Source: an uncultured Christensenella sp. (lineage in GTDB: Bacteria > Bacillota > Clostridia > Christensenellales > UBA1242). From it: a DNA stretch of 64,000 nt. The stretch lies in the NCBI GenBank assembly GCA_964434265.1, contig CAYSUK010000006.1, forward strand, positions 11,398 through 75,397. The letters are read 5' to 3'. Numbering within the stretch: position 1 is the first letter of the stretch; every line of letters begins with the position of its first letter. The notes under the pieces were generated by a model, which saw nothing but the letters and a program-made list of their open reading frames with translations, did no database searches and was not told where the DNA came from. Made by a program: the position numbers and the translations under genes. Shown here one piece after another: positions 10,199-23,500 of the stretch.

Positions 10199-10220
10199 AC
10201 ACCCGGCAAGGGTGTTTTTT
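10199..10220 (+). terminator. Rho-independent terminator
   Basis: ACACCC-GGCAA-GGGTGT plus T run. Confidence 0.75.
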
Positions 10221-10229
10221 GTTTGATAA

Positions 10230-10259
10230 GTCATATTTCGACAAAATTTGCCATATATA
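10230..10259 (+). promoter_or_regulatory. Sigma-E (mother-cell) promoter of spoIIID
   Basis: GTCATATT (10230-10237), 14 bp spacer, CATATATA (10252-10259). Matches the sigma-E consensus, and spoIIID is a known sigma-E gene. Confidence 0.75.
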
Positions 10260-10278
10260 CTATAAAGGTGGTGGCAAA

Positions 10279-10530
10279 ATGTTGAGATGTGAATTGTTTG
10301 GGCTTTATCTGGTCGAAAACAACACTACTATTCGCAAAACAGCACTTGCTTTTAATGTAAGTAAAAGTACAGTGCACAATGACTTGCAAAAGAAATTACC
10401 TAAGGTAAATAAAGTACTTTATGCCGATGTGCAAAAGGTGCTAAATCACAATTATTGTGTGCGCCATATTCGTGGTGGCATGGCTACTAAAAACATGTAT
10501 TTAAAAACACGTGGTGTGTGTAAAAAATAG
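10279..10530 (+). CDS. spoIIID: Stage III sporulation transcriptional regulator D
   Basis: Likely ATG at 10279 after AAAGGTGG. TIRKTA..FNVSKSTVHNDL..KLP..N...RHIRGGMATK is the SpoIIID signature. Confidence 0.93.
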   Translation: MLRCELFGLYLVENNTTIRKTALAFNVSKSTVHNDLQKKLPKVNKVLYADVQKVLNHNYCVRHIRGGMATKNMYLKTRGVCKK

Positions 10531-10554
10531 AAGACTAATCGGTCTTCTATTTTT
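10523..10554. terminator. Bidirectional terminator between convergent spoIIID and ttcA
   Basis: AAAAATAGAAGAC-TAATCG-GTCTTCTATTTTT. Confidence 0.85.
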
Positions 10555-10575
10555 AATTTAATGGCTTAATTAAGC

Positions 10576-11328
10576 CTATTTTTTATCATGTTTGTCAAAA
10601 TAATACTCGTCGATTTGTTTTTCAAATTTGTCAAGTAAATTGTATCTTTCGGGGTGAGTTATGGCACCAAACATTCGGTCAAAAACAAAAGGAATTTCTT
10701 TTTCGATGTCGGTGATAATTGTCTTTACATATTCTCTTTGCGTGTGCTTGTCCATAGGGCAGTCGCTTTTAGTGACGGGAAGTGTTTTGCTTGCTGAAAT
10801 GATGTCACGTTCGTATGTGAGTATGAGTGGGCGGATTACTGTCATGCCCGTTCGGTCAAGATAGGTGAGCGGTGCAAATGTGCTAAGCCTTCCTTCATAG
10901 CAAAGCGATAGTAAAAAAGTGTGTACAAGGTCGTCGGCTGAGTGACCTAGTGCGAGTTTGTTGCAATTGAGTTCGAGTGCTTTGGTGTTTAGCATTCCGC
11001 GTCGGAGTTTGCTGCAAAGACTGCATGGGTTTTTCTCTTGTCTGCTATTGAATACAATCTCATATATATCGCTAGGCACAACATGATATTCGATGCCTTC
11101 ATTTTTGCAAAACTCAGCTATGCGGTCAAAATTGTTTTTGTTAAACATGTCGATTGTGATTCCGACCACGCTAAATTTGTATGGAGCAAAACGTGAGTAC
11201 ATGTGAAGTGCTTTTAGCAGTACAAGGCTATCCTTTCCGCCTGATACTCCTACTGCAATACGGTCGCCGTCTTCTATTAAGTTGTATTTGTCGATTGCTC
11301 GGCGTAGTGTCGATAGTATTCGTTGCAT
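10576..11328 (-). CDS. ttcA: tRNA 2-thiocytidine biosynthesis TtcA-family PP-loop protein
   Basis: SGGKDS PP-loop, PCSLCSKLRRG, ALGHSADD, VIRPL, CP motif. Confidence 0.9.
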   Translation of the reverse strand: MQRILSTLRRAIDKYNLIEDGDRIAVGVSGGKDSLVLLKALHMYSRFAPYKFSVVGITIDMFNKNNFDRIAEFCKNEGIEYHVVPSDIYEIVFNSRQEKNPCSLCSKLRRGMLNTKALELNCNKLALGHSADDLVHTFLLSLCYEGRLSTFAPLTYLDRTGMTVIRPLILTYERDIISASKTLPVTKSDCPMDKHTQREYVKTIITDIEKEIPFVFDRMFGAITHPERYNLLDKFEKQIDEYYFDKHDKK

Positions 11329-11345
11329 AATTTTCTCCTATTTTT

Positions 11346-11375
11346 AGTATATCATGGCAAAACTATTTTTTGCAA
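11346..11375 (-). promoter_or_regulatory. Putative sigma-A promoter for ttcA
   Basis: On the minus strand: TTGCAA, 18 bp spacer, TG-n-TATACT. Confidence 0.55.
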
Positions 11376-11438
11376 TAACAAATTTAGGATTTGGATTGTT
11401 TTTGTCATTAGTTGGTTTGTAAAAAAAATATAAAAAAT

Positions 11439-11489
11439 TGTCGAATGTCGGGTCAAATGTTTGACTACATGTCGCCAATTATATATACT
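11439..11489 (+). promoter_or_regulatory. Putative sigma-A promoter of giant gene 1 with an upstream Spo0A-box-like site
   Basis: TTGACT (11461-11466), 17 bp spacer, TATACT (11484-11489). TGTCGAA at 11439-11445. Confidence 0.6.
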
Positions 11490-11589
11490 TAATATATTAA
11501 AATATATTAAAGATTATTTTAGTTTTGGATTTTGCATAATATTATCTACAATATGGGCAAAACTAAGATAATGAAAAATGGGGAAACAT

Positions 11590-14500
11590 ATGAAAAAACG
11601 AATTGGTCTTATCTTTGCAGTTTTACTATTTTCAGTGCTAGGTTTTAGTGCTTGTGGAGATCCTTACAAAAAGATGTCCTTTTCTTTGACGTCTGAAAAA
11701 GACTTGACAGAAACAGTCGAGTTGTATCTTGGCAAGAGCAGTGCTGGCCTTTCAGAATACGATATCAAGGATAGCTTTGTAATTAAAGCTAAAGTTGGCG
11801 GCGTGGGCAAAAAGATTTCGACCGATGTTGTTGTGCCTGACTTTAATGACAAAGTGGATATTGAGACTACCGAGACTGAAAGTTCTACGATAATCAAAAT
11901 TACCGCCAAGAGCGAAGGCGAAACCATGCTTACAATCAGTCCTAAAGAAAATCCTGATGGTAAGTTTACAAAATATGTGCGTGTAAAGGTCAGTATTGGA
12001 CTTACAAGTTTTGTATTTAAACCTAATGCCATTGGCGCTCTAGCAATAGGTGATACTTTAAATTTGAATGTTGATGCCAAACAATACATAAACTTTTTCC
12101 CTAGTGACACATCTCAAACAGATATCGAATATTCTATCAGATATCCTGAAGGTGCTTCGACAGATTATGCTGAGATTAAAAATGGTGTTCTTTATACTTA
12201 TGATAGCGAAAATTACCCTATGTCTGATGGCAGACGAATAATAACACTCGTAGCAAAATGCCCTACGCGTGATGACCTTGTCGATACTTTTGATATCCCT
12301 GTAATCAAGATTGATGACCAAATAAACATCTCGACGACATATGAAGACAATGAGATCGAACTTGACAAAAATTATAATGGCAAATATGAAATCCTACTTG
12401 CAAATGCTGATATAAGCATGAGCGGTGGAGTGATTGATGAAGGCATAACAAATCGTATTTTGCATATAGGTTTGGGCGATGAAAACACGGCCACTTCAAA
12501 ATATCGCATTAGTGTTGTGGGTGATTACTCAATGTCGGCTGGTGAAGCTGTCACCATTTCTCCATACTCAATCTTTGAATCAGACACTGCAGACTTTATT
12601 GTAAAAGCAAATCGAGTTACAAATGGCATAGATGTCGTATTTAAAATAGAATATTTTGGTGATGAAAATGACAATCCTACTAGCGACGAAACCTTGTATG
12701 AAGGATTGTTTACACAATATGTAACATTTACAATTAAGGTGTATAGCCTTCCTGATGCGAAAAACATGACCATAAATGGGATTGCTGATGACGAACAAAC
12801 ATATGTTGTGTATGATACATACTTCAAGGCTTCAGAAAGCAGTATAAACGAAAACGGAACACTTTTTAAAGTTAAACTTATAGACTCTACAATTCCAAAT
12901 ATTGTGGCAAACATAAGTTATAGCGGCGAAGGTTTTGATCAAGACGGGCTTGTGTTTGTCGGTGGAACAAAAACTGCTGACGGCATTTCTATTGCAAATG
13001 GCGAAAGTTTTTATTTAAAACATACATATAGCCAAACCCAATTAAAAGAAGATGCTGAAAGACGTCCATATATCACAATAAGCATAGACTATTCGTTTGC
13101 TCCAAGCAATGCTACTGCAGAGCAAAAAGAGATGTACTATAGTGGCACAATTAGTAAAAAGGTATATCTTGATTTTAAAGCGGGCATAAGCGAGATATCG
13201 CTACCTTCCGAACAAATTGGTCTTGAAATCACTAGTGATGAATGGAGTGAATTGTGTGAATTTCCAGAAGGATACGATGCTAAATCAACCGTTGATCAAA
13301 TATTGGGACGTAATCTTGATCTTATCGAACTAAAATATGTCGACAATAAAATTATGATAAGAGCAAACAAACAATTTAAAACAGGCGAAGTGAGTTTGCG
13401 AATTATTGCAACAAACGGCAAGATGTCAAATACGGCTAGCATTATGGTGTATTTGCCAGTGCTATATACTGAAAACAATTCGTTGCTTGTTAAAATTGAT
13501 GAAAAAGATAATGCGGTATTTGCTGTCGGTAGAATGACTGGGGCTAACACATACGAACAAGTAAATGCAGAAGGTGTATATGGAGAGCATAAATACTCGA
13601 CTTACACTGACCTTATTCTTGCAAGCCATAGTACTCTTGCACTTGATGTGTATAGTATTATGGAAGAAAACGGATATTTAAAATCTGTTATGCCAAATGT
13701 AAATGTCACTTGCGAGATAAGTGACAACGATATTTTGTCATGGACAACAACCAAGTCTAATGATGGTGTATTGAGTGGTACTCTAAACACATTTAATGCA
13801 TCAGACGGCGTTGTGACTATTACTTTCACTCTAAGCGGTTATTCGCCACAAGGAGAAGACAAAAAACTTACTTCTGTGACCAGAACACACACTATAAACA
13901 TTTGGATATATGATGCCATAACCAAAATCGACTTTAGTAAAAAACTTAATTTGGTTTATTTAAAAGATTCACTTGGTTATTTTGATCAAGAAGACTCGAA
14001 GTACGAATATGACTGGTCAAAACTTCCAAAAGATGCAGTTACCGGCAATTTTGAATGGAATATTGCACTTAAAAATACCGAGCAACTTAGTCACACTATA
14101 AACCTTGATGGGCTAGGAAATAATGTCGTTGGTGTTTTGATTAAAAACTTGTTAAATATCCAAAACGATATCAATATTAGCGACTACAATATTGAGATTA
14201 AAGATAGCGATGGAGTAGATAGACTTAGAAAATCAAATAACAGTTTCCTTTTTGATATCTACAATAGTGATCTTTTAGCACAAGTATTAGACGGTGACAA
14301 CAACAATATTGGATACGAAGCTAAAATAAATGATAGTATGTTTGTCATAACAATCGAAAAAGGTGATGACACACATACAAAAGAAGTAGGTCTCATTGAG
14401 ATTTTTGAAAACATGTTTGAAAATAGGGCTGATAAGCGCGAATTGGCTTTGGCATATATTTTCAATGGAAATACTTCGGGTAATTTTAGAGACTTTGTAC

Positions 14501-17500
14501 TAAGCGGACAAGCAAGCCAATTTGGTCGTGGCATGTATGTTGAGACAATTTTGAGAATGTACAAACCGATAAAAGTTTCGTCGATAGACACTACTGTTTC
14601 GAAAGAAGGCTTGTATTTTGAAAAAGAAGATAAAGATCCTGCTTCTCTAAGTTTTTCTTATTCAGTAATACCAAACAATGCTCACAATACCGATATTATG
14701 CTCAAAATCTATAGCAACACCGGTAGTGGTGATAGAATTGTATTAGGCGAGGAACTTAATCTTGTTGTGTCCATAGATGGCGCTGAGAAAGAGAACACAA
14801 AAGAAAATGCAACCACAGTGGCATATGCAACTGTTAAAGACGGCAAAATAACAATAACTATTGCAAGTGGTATCAGTGGAAATTATGTACTTAAAATAAT
14901 TGCAAAAGATAGTGTAACACAATCAGAAAATGGTGAGTTTAAATATGGTGTAACAAAGGATGTTCGCGTCGAGATAGGTGATGGCAGCAAGGAAGCTCCA
15001 TTCCAACTTCGCTCTATAGACTCACTAATCCGCATGTGGAAAAGAAACATAAGCGGACAAGAGACATTCTGTTACAAACTAAACAACAACATAAATGTCA
15101 TAGGTCAAAACTTTGCCGACTATATCTTTAATGATAACAACCGGTTTAAGGGTGACTTCGACGGAAATGGCAAGGCTATTATTGGACTAACAGTAAACAA
15201 AAGTGTTGTGGGTAATGCGACAGGTGGATTGTTTGCAAAATACGAGCCAATTAGCGGCAATAGTATACACGACCTTACACTCAGCAATATCAATTACAAC
15301 ATTACTATAAGTACAAATGAAAAATATTTTTTAAATGTCGGTGGAATTGTCGGAACTGCAAATGGTACAATCGAAAATGTATATGTATCAGGCAATATCA
15401 ATATCGACTACGCAGATGAAATAAACGAAAATAAAGATTCGGTTATGTATGTTGGTGGAATAATCGGCACAATGGCTTACGGAAAACTTGTTGGCACGGC
15501 TGAGTCGAGTTCGTTTGCTGACGACATGACAGCAAATGTAGCTATGCTATATAATGGATTTTCCGTGAAAGACTCACAAGGCTCACACTATTTTGGTGGT
15601 GCAGTCGGATATATTAGCGGGACATCTACTATCGAAAATGTCAAAGTTTCAAGTTCGATAAAGGCTATAAACAATGGCGACTCAGATGGCAGCACAATCG
15701 CAAGTGCTACACTTGGTGGAGTAGTTGGTCTTGTGGCTGGTGAATCTTCAATTAAAGACTCTCGTATTACTCCTACACTTAGCGGTTATGCAAACATTGG
15801 TGGTGTAGTAGGTGAAAACACTAGTACACTTGATATAAATCATGTTGTTGTCGAATTTTTACACAATACAAATGTCAAAAACTATATCATGGGTCTTGAC
15901 AATGTCGGCGGTTTTGTAGGCTCTGCAACAGCAGAAGTATCGCTTTTAAATTCGTATGTTCGATCGTTTGTAAAAGACGAAGTAGCAAACGAGTATAAAG
16001 CGGGCGATTATTGTGGAAATATTATTGTCCGAAGCGGACTAAATGAAGTAAATGCTGGCGGATTTATTGGAAGTATAGATGCTGATTTTGATATCGAACG
16101 TAGTTATGTTATGGGCGATATTAAGTCATATTTGGTTTCTGGTAAGACAGAAAATATCGGCGGTTTTGTCGGTAGATATAATGATGCAAAAACTATCAAA
16201 ATTACTGATGCATATTATTCTGGAAGGATACTTACAAATAACGTTGTTCCAAACATTCTATTTGGCAGTGATAGCACACCTACACCTACTGCTGGTTCGA
16301 CATTAACCTCGAATATAACAAGTAAAATCACCGAAAACACAATGACCGATGACAAAAATATTGGTGAATACATTAAGATTGAAGCGACAAAAACTGAGAG
16401 TGTGTCGTATCAAGACTATACATATGAATATGGAAATAACATAAAAATTTCCAATTTCTATGCCAATGTAAATGGAAGCAATCATGTGTGGACAGGGAGA
16501 GATCAAAATACTTACACACTTCGTACTCCTAGAAATGTAGTTAAGTCGACCTTGTACATGACCTTTGCACGTATGACAGATGCATCTATTGTATATACTG
16601 GATACAAAATTGTTGAAGACTCAAATAATGGCACTAAGAAAAGATATAATTTGTTTGAGATACAAAACAATGATTGGTTTAGTAAAGAGGAAAACCAAAC
16701 CAATTATGTAGATACTGATAAAGCTGATGTCTTTAAAGTCCTTGGCTTTGACGGGCAAAATGCAAATATGCCGACTTTAGCGGGTAACCCAGAGAAGTTT
16801 GTATTAAATGCAAACAGTTTTAACAATCCTACAAATTTTGCACTAATTACATTATTGTGCAATGCTAGTGGAGAGATAGAAGAGGACGAAGCTATAAACG
16901 CTCTAATCGAACAATGTAGATATAATGAAGAAGATAAGGGTTCTTTTAATATAGAAGACATATCAGAAATTGAAATTGGCGATTTGTATGGATATGAGTA
17001 TGAAGTGGCCAATGAAAGAAATGTCTTTATTTGGGAATTTGACAATGAAGTATATAAGTCTTACTACACAATAGATTCTGCCACTAATAAAGGCACAATA
17101 ACTCTAAATGAAGTTGGCTTGAATCTATATTTAAGTGACGACGACTTGTATATTGATGAAGCTTGCACTATAGAATTTAAAAATGTGATTATAATAATCA
17201 CAACAAGATCAGGTGATGATTATGTGACAAGTTATGTCGCACTTGGCATAAGTTCAGGTACTTATGTCGGAAGTAACGGCACAACTTACTACTATAATTC
17301 GGAAGATAATTCATATTACTCTGATGAAAATTATCAAACCAGTGTCGAAAGCAAAGATGTAACAAACATACAATTTGAACAATACACAGTTTGTGACCTT
17401 GTATATAAGGTGGGTAATATCGAAATAATTAGATTTGTAGACATTGTTAAAAAAGAAGACGTTGTTACATTTGAAGGCAAAGAGTATAAAATTGTAGATG

Positions 17501-20500
17501 ATAATAAAGTTAAATTGGCGGCAAATAACGAGATTATTGCTAAGGTAAATGACTTTAATTATACAAACGGCGATGTTGCAAAAGACGATAATGGTAATTA
17601 TAGACTAGATACAAGCTATTATGTGATTGATACTGACGGAAATAAAATTGCAAAATATATTGATGGGAAATTTGTATTTGACGACGATAATGCTTCGTGG
17701 ATAGTAAATGACGAAATAAACAACGGAAGACCTACACTTATAAGAAAACTAGATAGAGATGAAAAAGTAGAGTCGATTGAGGTGCTTTATGATGCCGTAT
17801 CAAGCATTAATGTAAAAGTAACAGAGTTTAATTATAGCGGCTCATCAAATCTTACTTCTTACAAACAAGGTTATATAATGCTTGATGAGAATAATGTCAT
17901 TCTATTCTACAATACTCCAAGCGACAAATATATTGCACAAAATACTTATGTTTTGGCAAGTAGCGACGAAAAGGCCGAACTTGACAGTATAAATATTGGC
18001 GGTCAAGTGCCAGTTGTTGTTGATTTTAGTGACATTCTATTAAATGAGCCATTTAAACTTAATAGCCTAAAAGATTATGTTGTTAAGTCAAGCAATCCAA
18101 ATATTGTCACTGTCGGAACATATATTTGCGATAATACAACTTACACTGCATTAAATACACTAGGCACTGGACTTGTGACCTTGACATTTACTAATAAATA
18201 TGACGACGCAGAATCTTTCGAAATATCAGTTTATGTTGTCGCAGGTTTGACAGGTATCCAAACTATTGAAAACATGTCGACTTATGTTCAAAAAACAAAC
18301 ACATATAGTTTTGGTTTTGACAATATATTAACAAGTAGCGAAAGTGATACCTATGTTATGGATTCAAATGTGGGTGGGTACACTATAAAAGTTGTGTCAG
18401 TTGATGGCGAACCAAGCCTTATATTCAATGGCATAACATTGGATAAAGACACAACAGCCGAATATGACTTTGATATGTCAAATGCTATAGTGATTTATGG
18501 CGAAAAAGCAGGTGAAATAAGTATTTCACTTACTCCGTTTGTAAAATATGGCGACAATCAAAAATATATCCTAAGTTATTTGAGTAAAACGGTAGAAATA
18601 AATATTAGTAACCTTGCAAAAAGCATATCGACTGGTGCCAAAACAGCTTCGACAATCAAGCCAGAAAGCACAGTACAATTTGATGTAGAAGTAATCTCGT
18701 CAAATGAAGATGAAACTATTAAAACATATATTAACAATTCCGAATATAAGAGCGATAACAACCCATATGGTCTTGTAGACATATATGTTTTGAAAACAAA
18801 CGCTGCTTCATTAGGAAATAATCTATATAAAATCACATACACTGTATATGCCGAGTTAAATGATACAGAGTACTATAATTATTATGTGGAAAACAACTTT
18901 AAAAACCCACTTGAAGAGATGTTGAGTTTTGAATTTAAGTTTGTTCCTACTTCATGGTATTCTGATGATGAAATTATGCCTGAATTTAAAGATAATTTAG
19001 CATATTATACAGTAAACATTGAAGGTAATGATGTATCAAGTATTATCACGTCTTTTTACAACACAAGCGACGCTGATAATGGCAATAAAAACAAAGCTGA
19101 AGAAGAAAAGATATACATAATTGATTCAGACGCAGCTTATGTAAACAAACTTGCTCCTGGTAGAGTAGGACTACTTAGAATCAAAGTAAGCAAGGACTAC
19201 AACAATCTAAGTTATCTTGCTGTAAGGACATCAAACAATAGCGTAACTCTACGTCAAGCCGACGCAACGACTGATGCGACACAAAAGTTTAGTCATATAA
19301 GTGTCGCAAATACACCTACTGACAATGGCATCAAACTTTGGAACATGATATACTACATGACAGATAGTGAAGGTAATACAGTAACAGATAGTAAAGGTAA
19401 TAAAGTAGTAGACATGAATTATGCAAACTACTACTACGTGTTTGTGATGTTTGATGAAAAAATTGCAGGTGGAAGTGTCGTAGACCTACAAATCACAGCA
19501 TACGGCAAAGGCGATGTCGAATTGATACCTAGTGTAACTATATCTGTCGAGGTCGACTACTTGCCTGAGATCAAAATTGTTGATGCATATGGCGAAAGCG
19601 ATGTCGACAATCCTATTGGTGAGTATCGCCGTATATTCATAAATGCTAGCCATGTCGAAAATGATCTTTCTTGGAAAGTAGAAACTGTTGGAAATGTATA
19701 TGGATTTGGTTCTACAACAGAAGGGGAAGAAACTACATACGGATACAAAAGTGAAAGCAATCCAAATTCAAATAATTACCCATATATCTGCTACAAAACT
19801 GTAAGTGGTTATACTAAATTGCCACATAATTTCACTTTGGATATGATAAGCGGTGCCGAACTATATATTTGTATTCCTTCTGGCACATATCTAGCAGATT
19901 TTAAATTTAGTGTAAGCGGTCACAGGATTATAAATACAAAACCTACTTATACAACTGCTTATTTTAAACTAAACACAATTCTCTTTGAAATCGAAGACAT
20001 AACTATTGATGGAACTACTGGTGGGGTTATAACCTTGCCGGTAGGTAATGTTACTACATTTAGCACTATCTTTACTCTAAACTCATATGCACAAAGCGTG
20101 TATAAAGGCTACGGAAAGGACGAATATAAAAAGTACGAAAATTCAACGAATGAAACAGAAAAAACAACATTTGAATTTGCAAAATATCTTTATGAGGCAG
20201 TTGAAGCTCTTAGAAGATCAGGTGCTGGTCAAAAGGATTATGATGAATTAATAGATGGAACTAAACTTGGAACTAATGGTTGGAAGTATGTCCCAGAAAA
20301 AGGTCAAGCACAGCAAATGCAAAATGAAAATTTTTATCCAAGTAGTGACAACTCAAACTTTGAATTCTTCTATGGAAATTATGAAGGTACAGGTAAGTAT
20401 GGTGTTGTTGCACTCAAAATAAGTCGAAACACTTTGCAATTCAAACTAGATCTAAAACTTGTAAATGGCATATATACTTTGCATCATACTGGCGACGGCG

Positions 20501-23500
20501 AATCAGACATATACAAGCTAGTTACATTCACTTTGCAAATTACAGATAATTCGACTGCTGACCATCCTATTCCTATTTACAATACAACTGACTTTATGCA
20601 AATGTTGGAGTCGATAAGTGAAGAAGAAGTAAATCAAGAAGTTTCAAACAATTCTGATGTAGATCCTACCGAGCTTGTATTTGGAAACTACATTCTTCTA
20701 AGTGACCTTACATTAGAAAACTGGATTCCACGTGCGATAAATGTATCGTCGTTTGATGGCAATGGCTTTACAATCACAATCAAAAGCTGGAATTTTAGTA
20801 GCATAATCGAAGATAGCACAGTCAGTGCGGGACTATTTACAAAGATAGGTGAGTACACTGTTGTGAAAAACCTTAACATTGATATTTCTCAACTTTTGTC
20901 TAATGACACTACAAAAACGAGCGCAAAAACAGTGTTTGAAGATGCGAGCGGTAAGGCTGTCGAAGAAGTAACCTTTGGTGTGGTTGCTGCCGAAAACGCT
21001 GGTGTGCTTTCAAATATTAAAGTAGTTGCCACTCGCAATACTAATGGCAAATATCTAAATATTTGGACACAACAAGGATATTCAAACGGCGAACTATGTT
21101 CGGCTACTATAGCAGGTTTTGTAGCTACAAATAGTGGTGCTATTTCTGATTGTTTTGTCGGACTTAATGCAGTAGTTACTTCTACACAAAATAATGAGTA
21201 TTCGCGTATCCCAAAAACAATTAAAGGCACAACAATAAATGGTTCGACTAATACAATAGTTTATCCATTCACACTTGTTGGTGGAAACAAACTATCAGGT
21301 TTTGTACACCAAAACAGTGGCACAATCTCAAACTCTTATGTTATGGGTGTGTCAATCGAAAACCAAACACAAATAAGTTCAAATTCGATGACGGCTGGTT
21401 TTGTAAACCAAAATACCAACAACGGAAGCATATACTCGTGTTTTGTTTCGGGTAGTGAGTATAGTGAATACGGGAGTGACATCGTCGACTTGCGTGCTAC
21501 AAAAACTCGCATTTACTCGAAAGGAAATGTTGGTGGATTTGTCTACAACAACCAAGGCAATATCGAAAACGCATATTCGATTATAAACATCGTTGTACAA
21601 ACAGTGTATAGTGGTGGTTTTGCGTACACAAATACAGCTACGGGTGTAATCAAAAACGCATATTCTACAAGTGTCAATTCGAACAACGATTCGTATACAC
21701 ACGGTATGTTTGTTTACTCAAATACCGCAACCCTTCAAAATACATATTATTTGATTATTGAAGGCGAGATGGGTATTACTTCGACAAATAAGTCGGACGA
21801 TGTTTTGAAGGCTCTTGATCCAGCAACTGCTATTGTGTCGGGTAAGCCAAGCGAGAATAAGGAATCGAGTACTACGATTGCATTTGCAAATGCAGAAAGT
21901 TTTGAAGGCTTTACATTTGCAAGCAATCTTACTAGTTATGACGGAATATGGTATTACAATGGAAAATCATATCCACAACTTGTAAATACCATAAACTACA
22001 ATATCAAATCTATTCGTACTCTCGCACAAAATACAGAATCGACAGAGAGCGGTTCGACAGCGGGAAATAAAGTAAAATATAGTTATACTTATACGGGTCC
22101 AAACATTGGTAGCGAGCAAAACCCTATTGTCATTTCCCAACCAGCCCAATTTGCTCATTATATCGTAGCAAACACTAATAAAGTATCTAAGAATAATAAC
22201 TACATTTATGTATTTGGTGGGGAAAAGACTGTAGATACTACTACATATGCTCCTGCATATATTCGCATCATAAACAATATTTCACTTGCAAAAATAAACC
22301 TAAGCAATACATATGTTTGTAATGATGCAAGTAAAGACCAAATATCACTATCAAAAGTCATATTTGATGGTTATTTGATAGGTAATGGCATGACAATAAG
22401 TGACATTACGCTCAACAATACTTCAGTTAGCGGAAACAACCTAGAAGACTTTGGATTATTTAAACAAATTGGTTTGTCGGATACACAAAAGGATACTTAT
22501 TATGATAGTGCCGAGCAAAGCAATTTAATAACAAATCCTGTTGTGTACAATATTAAGTTTTCGTACAATGAATTGTCGGATAGGGACGCAAACAAAGTAG
22601 GACTGCTAGCAGGTAGTATCTACGATGAAACTGCCATTATGAATGTGACTATCGAAGGCAAGAAAGACGCGGTAGACAATACAGTAAGCACTATTACTGG
22701 ACACAACCTTGTAGGTGCTGTTGCGGGACTAATACAAGGTGATGTTACACTTACAGATATCACTATCAAAAATGTCCGTGTAAATGCTACTCGAAACACT
22801 ATTGATAGTCTATCTGACTCCTACAATGATAGCGGTTCGTATTATGAAAGTTTTGAATTTGGTCAAAACAAGACAGCGTATAAGAAGATTGAGTTTAAAA
22901 ACAATACTATCTCAAATCTAAGCCAAATCTCATATGCTGGCGGTGTTGCGGGTGTAATTATCGCAAACAATCTCACAACTACAACTACAACCACAACGAC
23001 AACGACAACTACAACGACCGAGTCGACTGGATCAGAAACAGAAACTGAAACAGCCGTGTTGTCTGAAACAGAAACTGAAACAACTGATTCGACTGGATCA
23101 GGGACAGAGACTGGAACAGCTGGGTCGACTGAATCAGGGACAGAGACTGGAACGACATCAAAGTCTATATCAGATATGTCGACATATACACTCAATGAGT
23201 ATCAAAATGTAAATGTTAAGATACACGACATTGTTGTGAAAGATAATGTCGAAATCTCAGGCGACATGGCAGGTGGACTATTTGGCTATGCACAAGACAC
23301 GCATATTCGTAGTAGTTCATTCCTACTAATGCAAGGAGCAAATAGTACTGATAGTTATCAACGAATATTTGGCCGTGCATTTGGCGGTGGCTTAATCGGT
23401 CAAACAAATAGTGTAGTGCTAGAACGCACAAACATCTATCATGCCGACCAAGATTATCAAAACACTATCGATACAACAATCGCTCAAATCACGTCAGATA

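Noticed and set aside
22975-23160. 36-bp and 30-bp repeats as a CRISPR array
   Set aside because: Only two copies each, in-frame inside a CDS, with no unique spacers and no cas genes.
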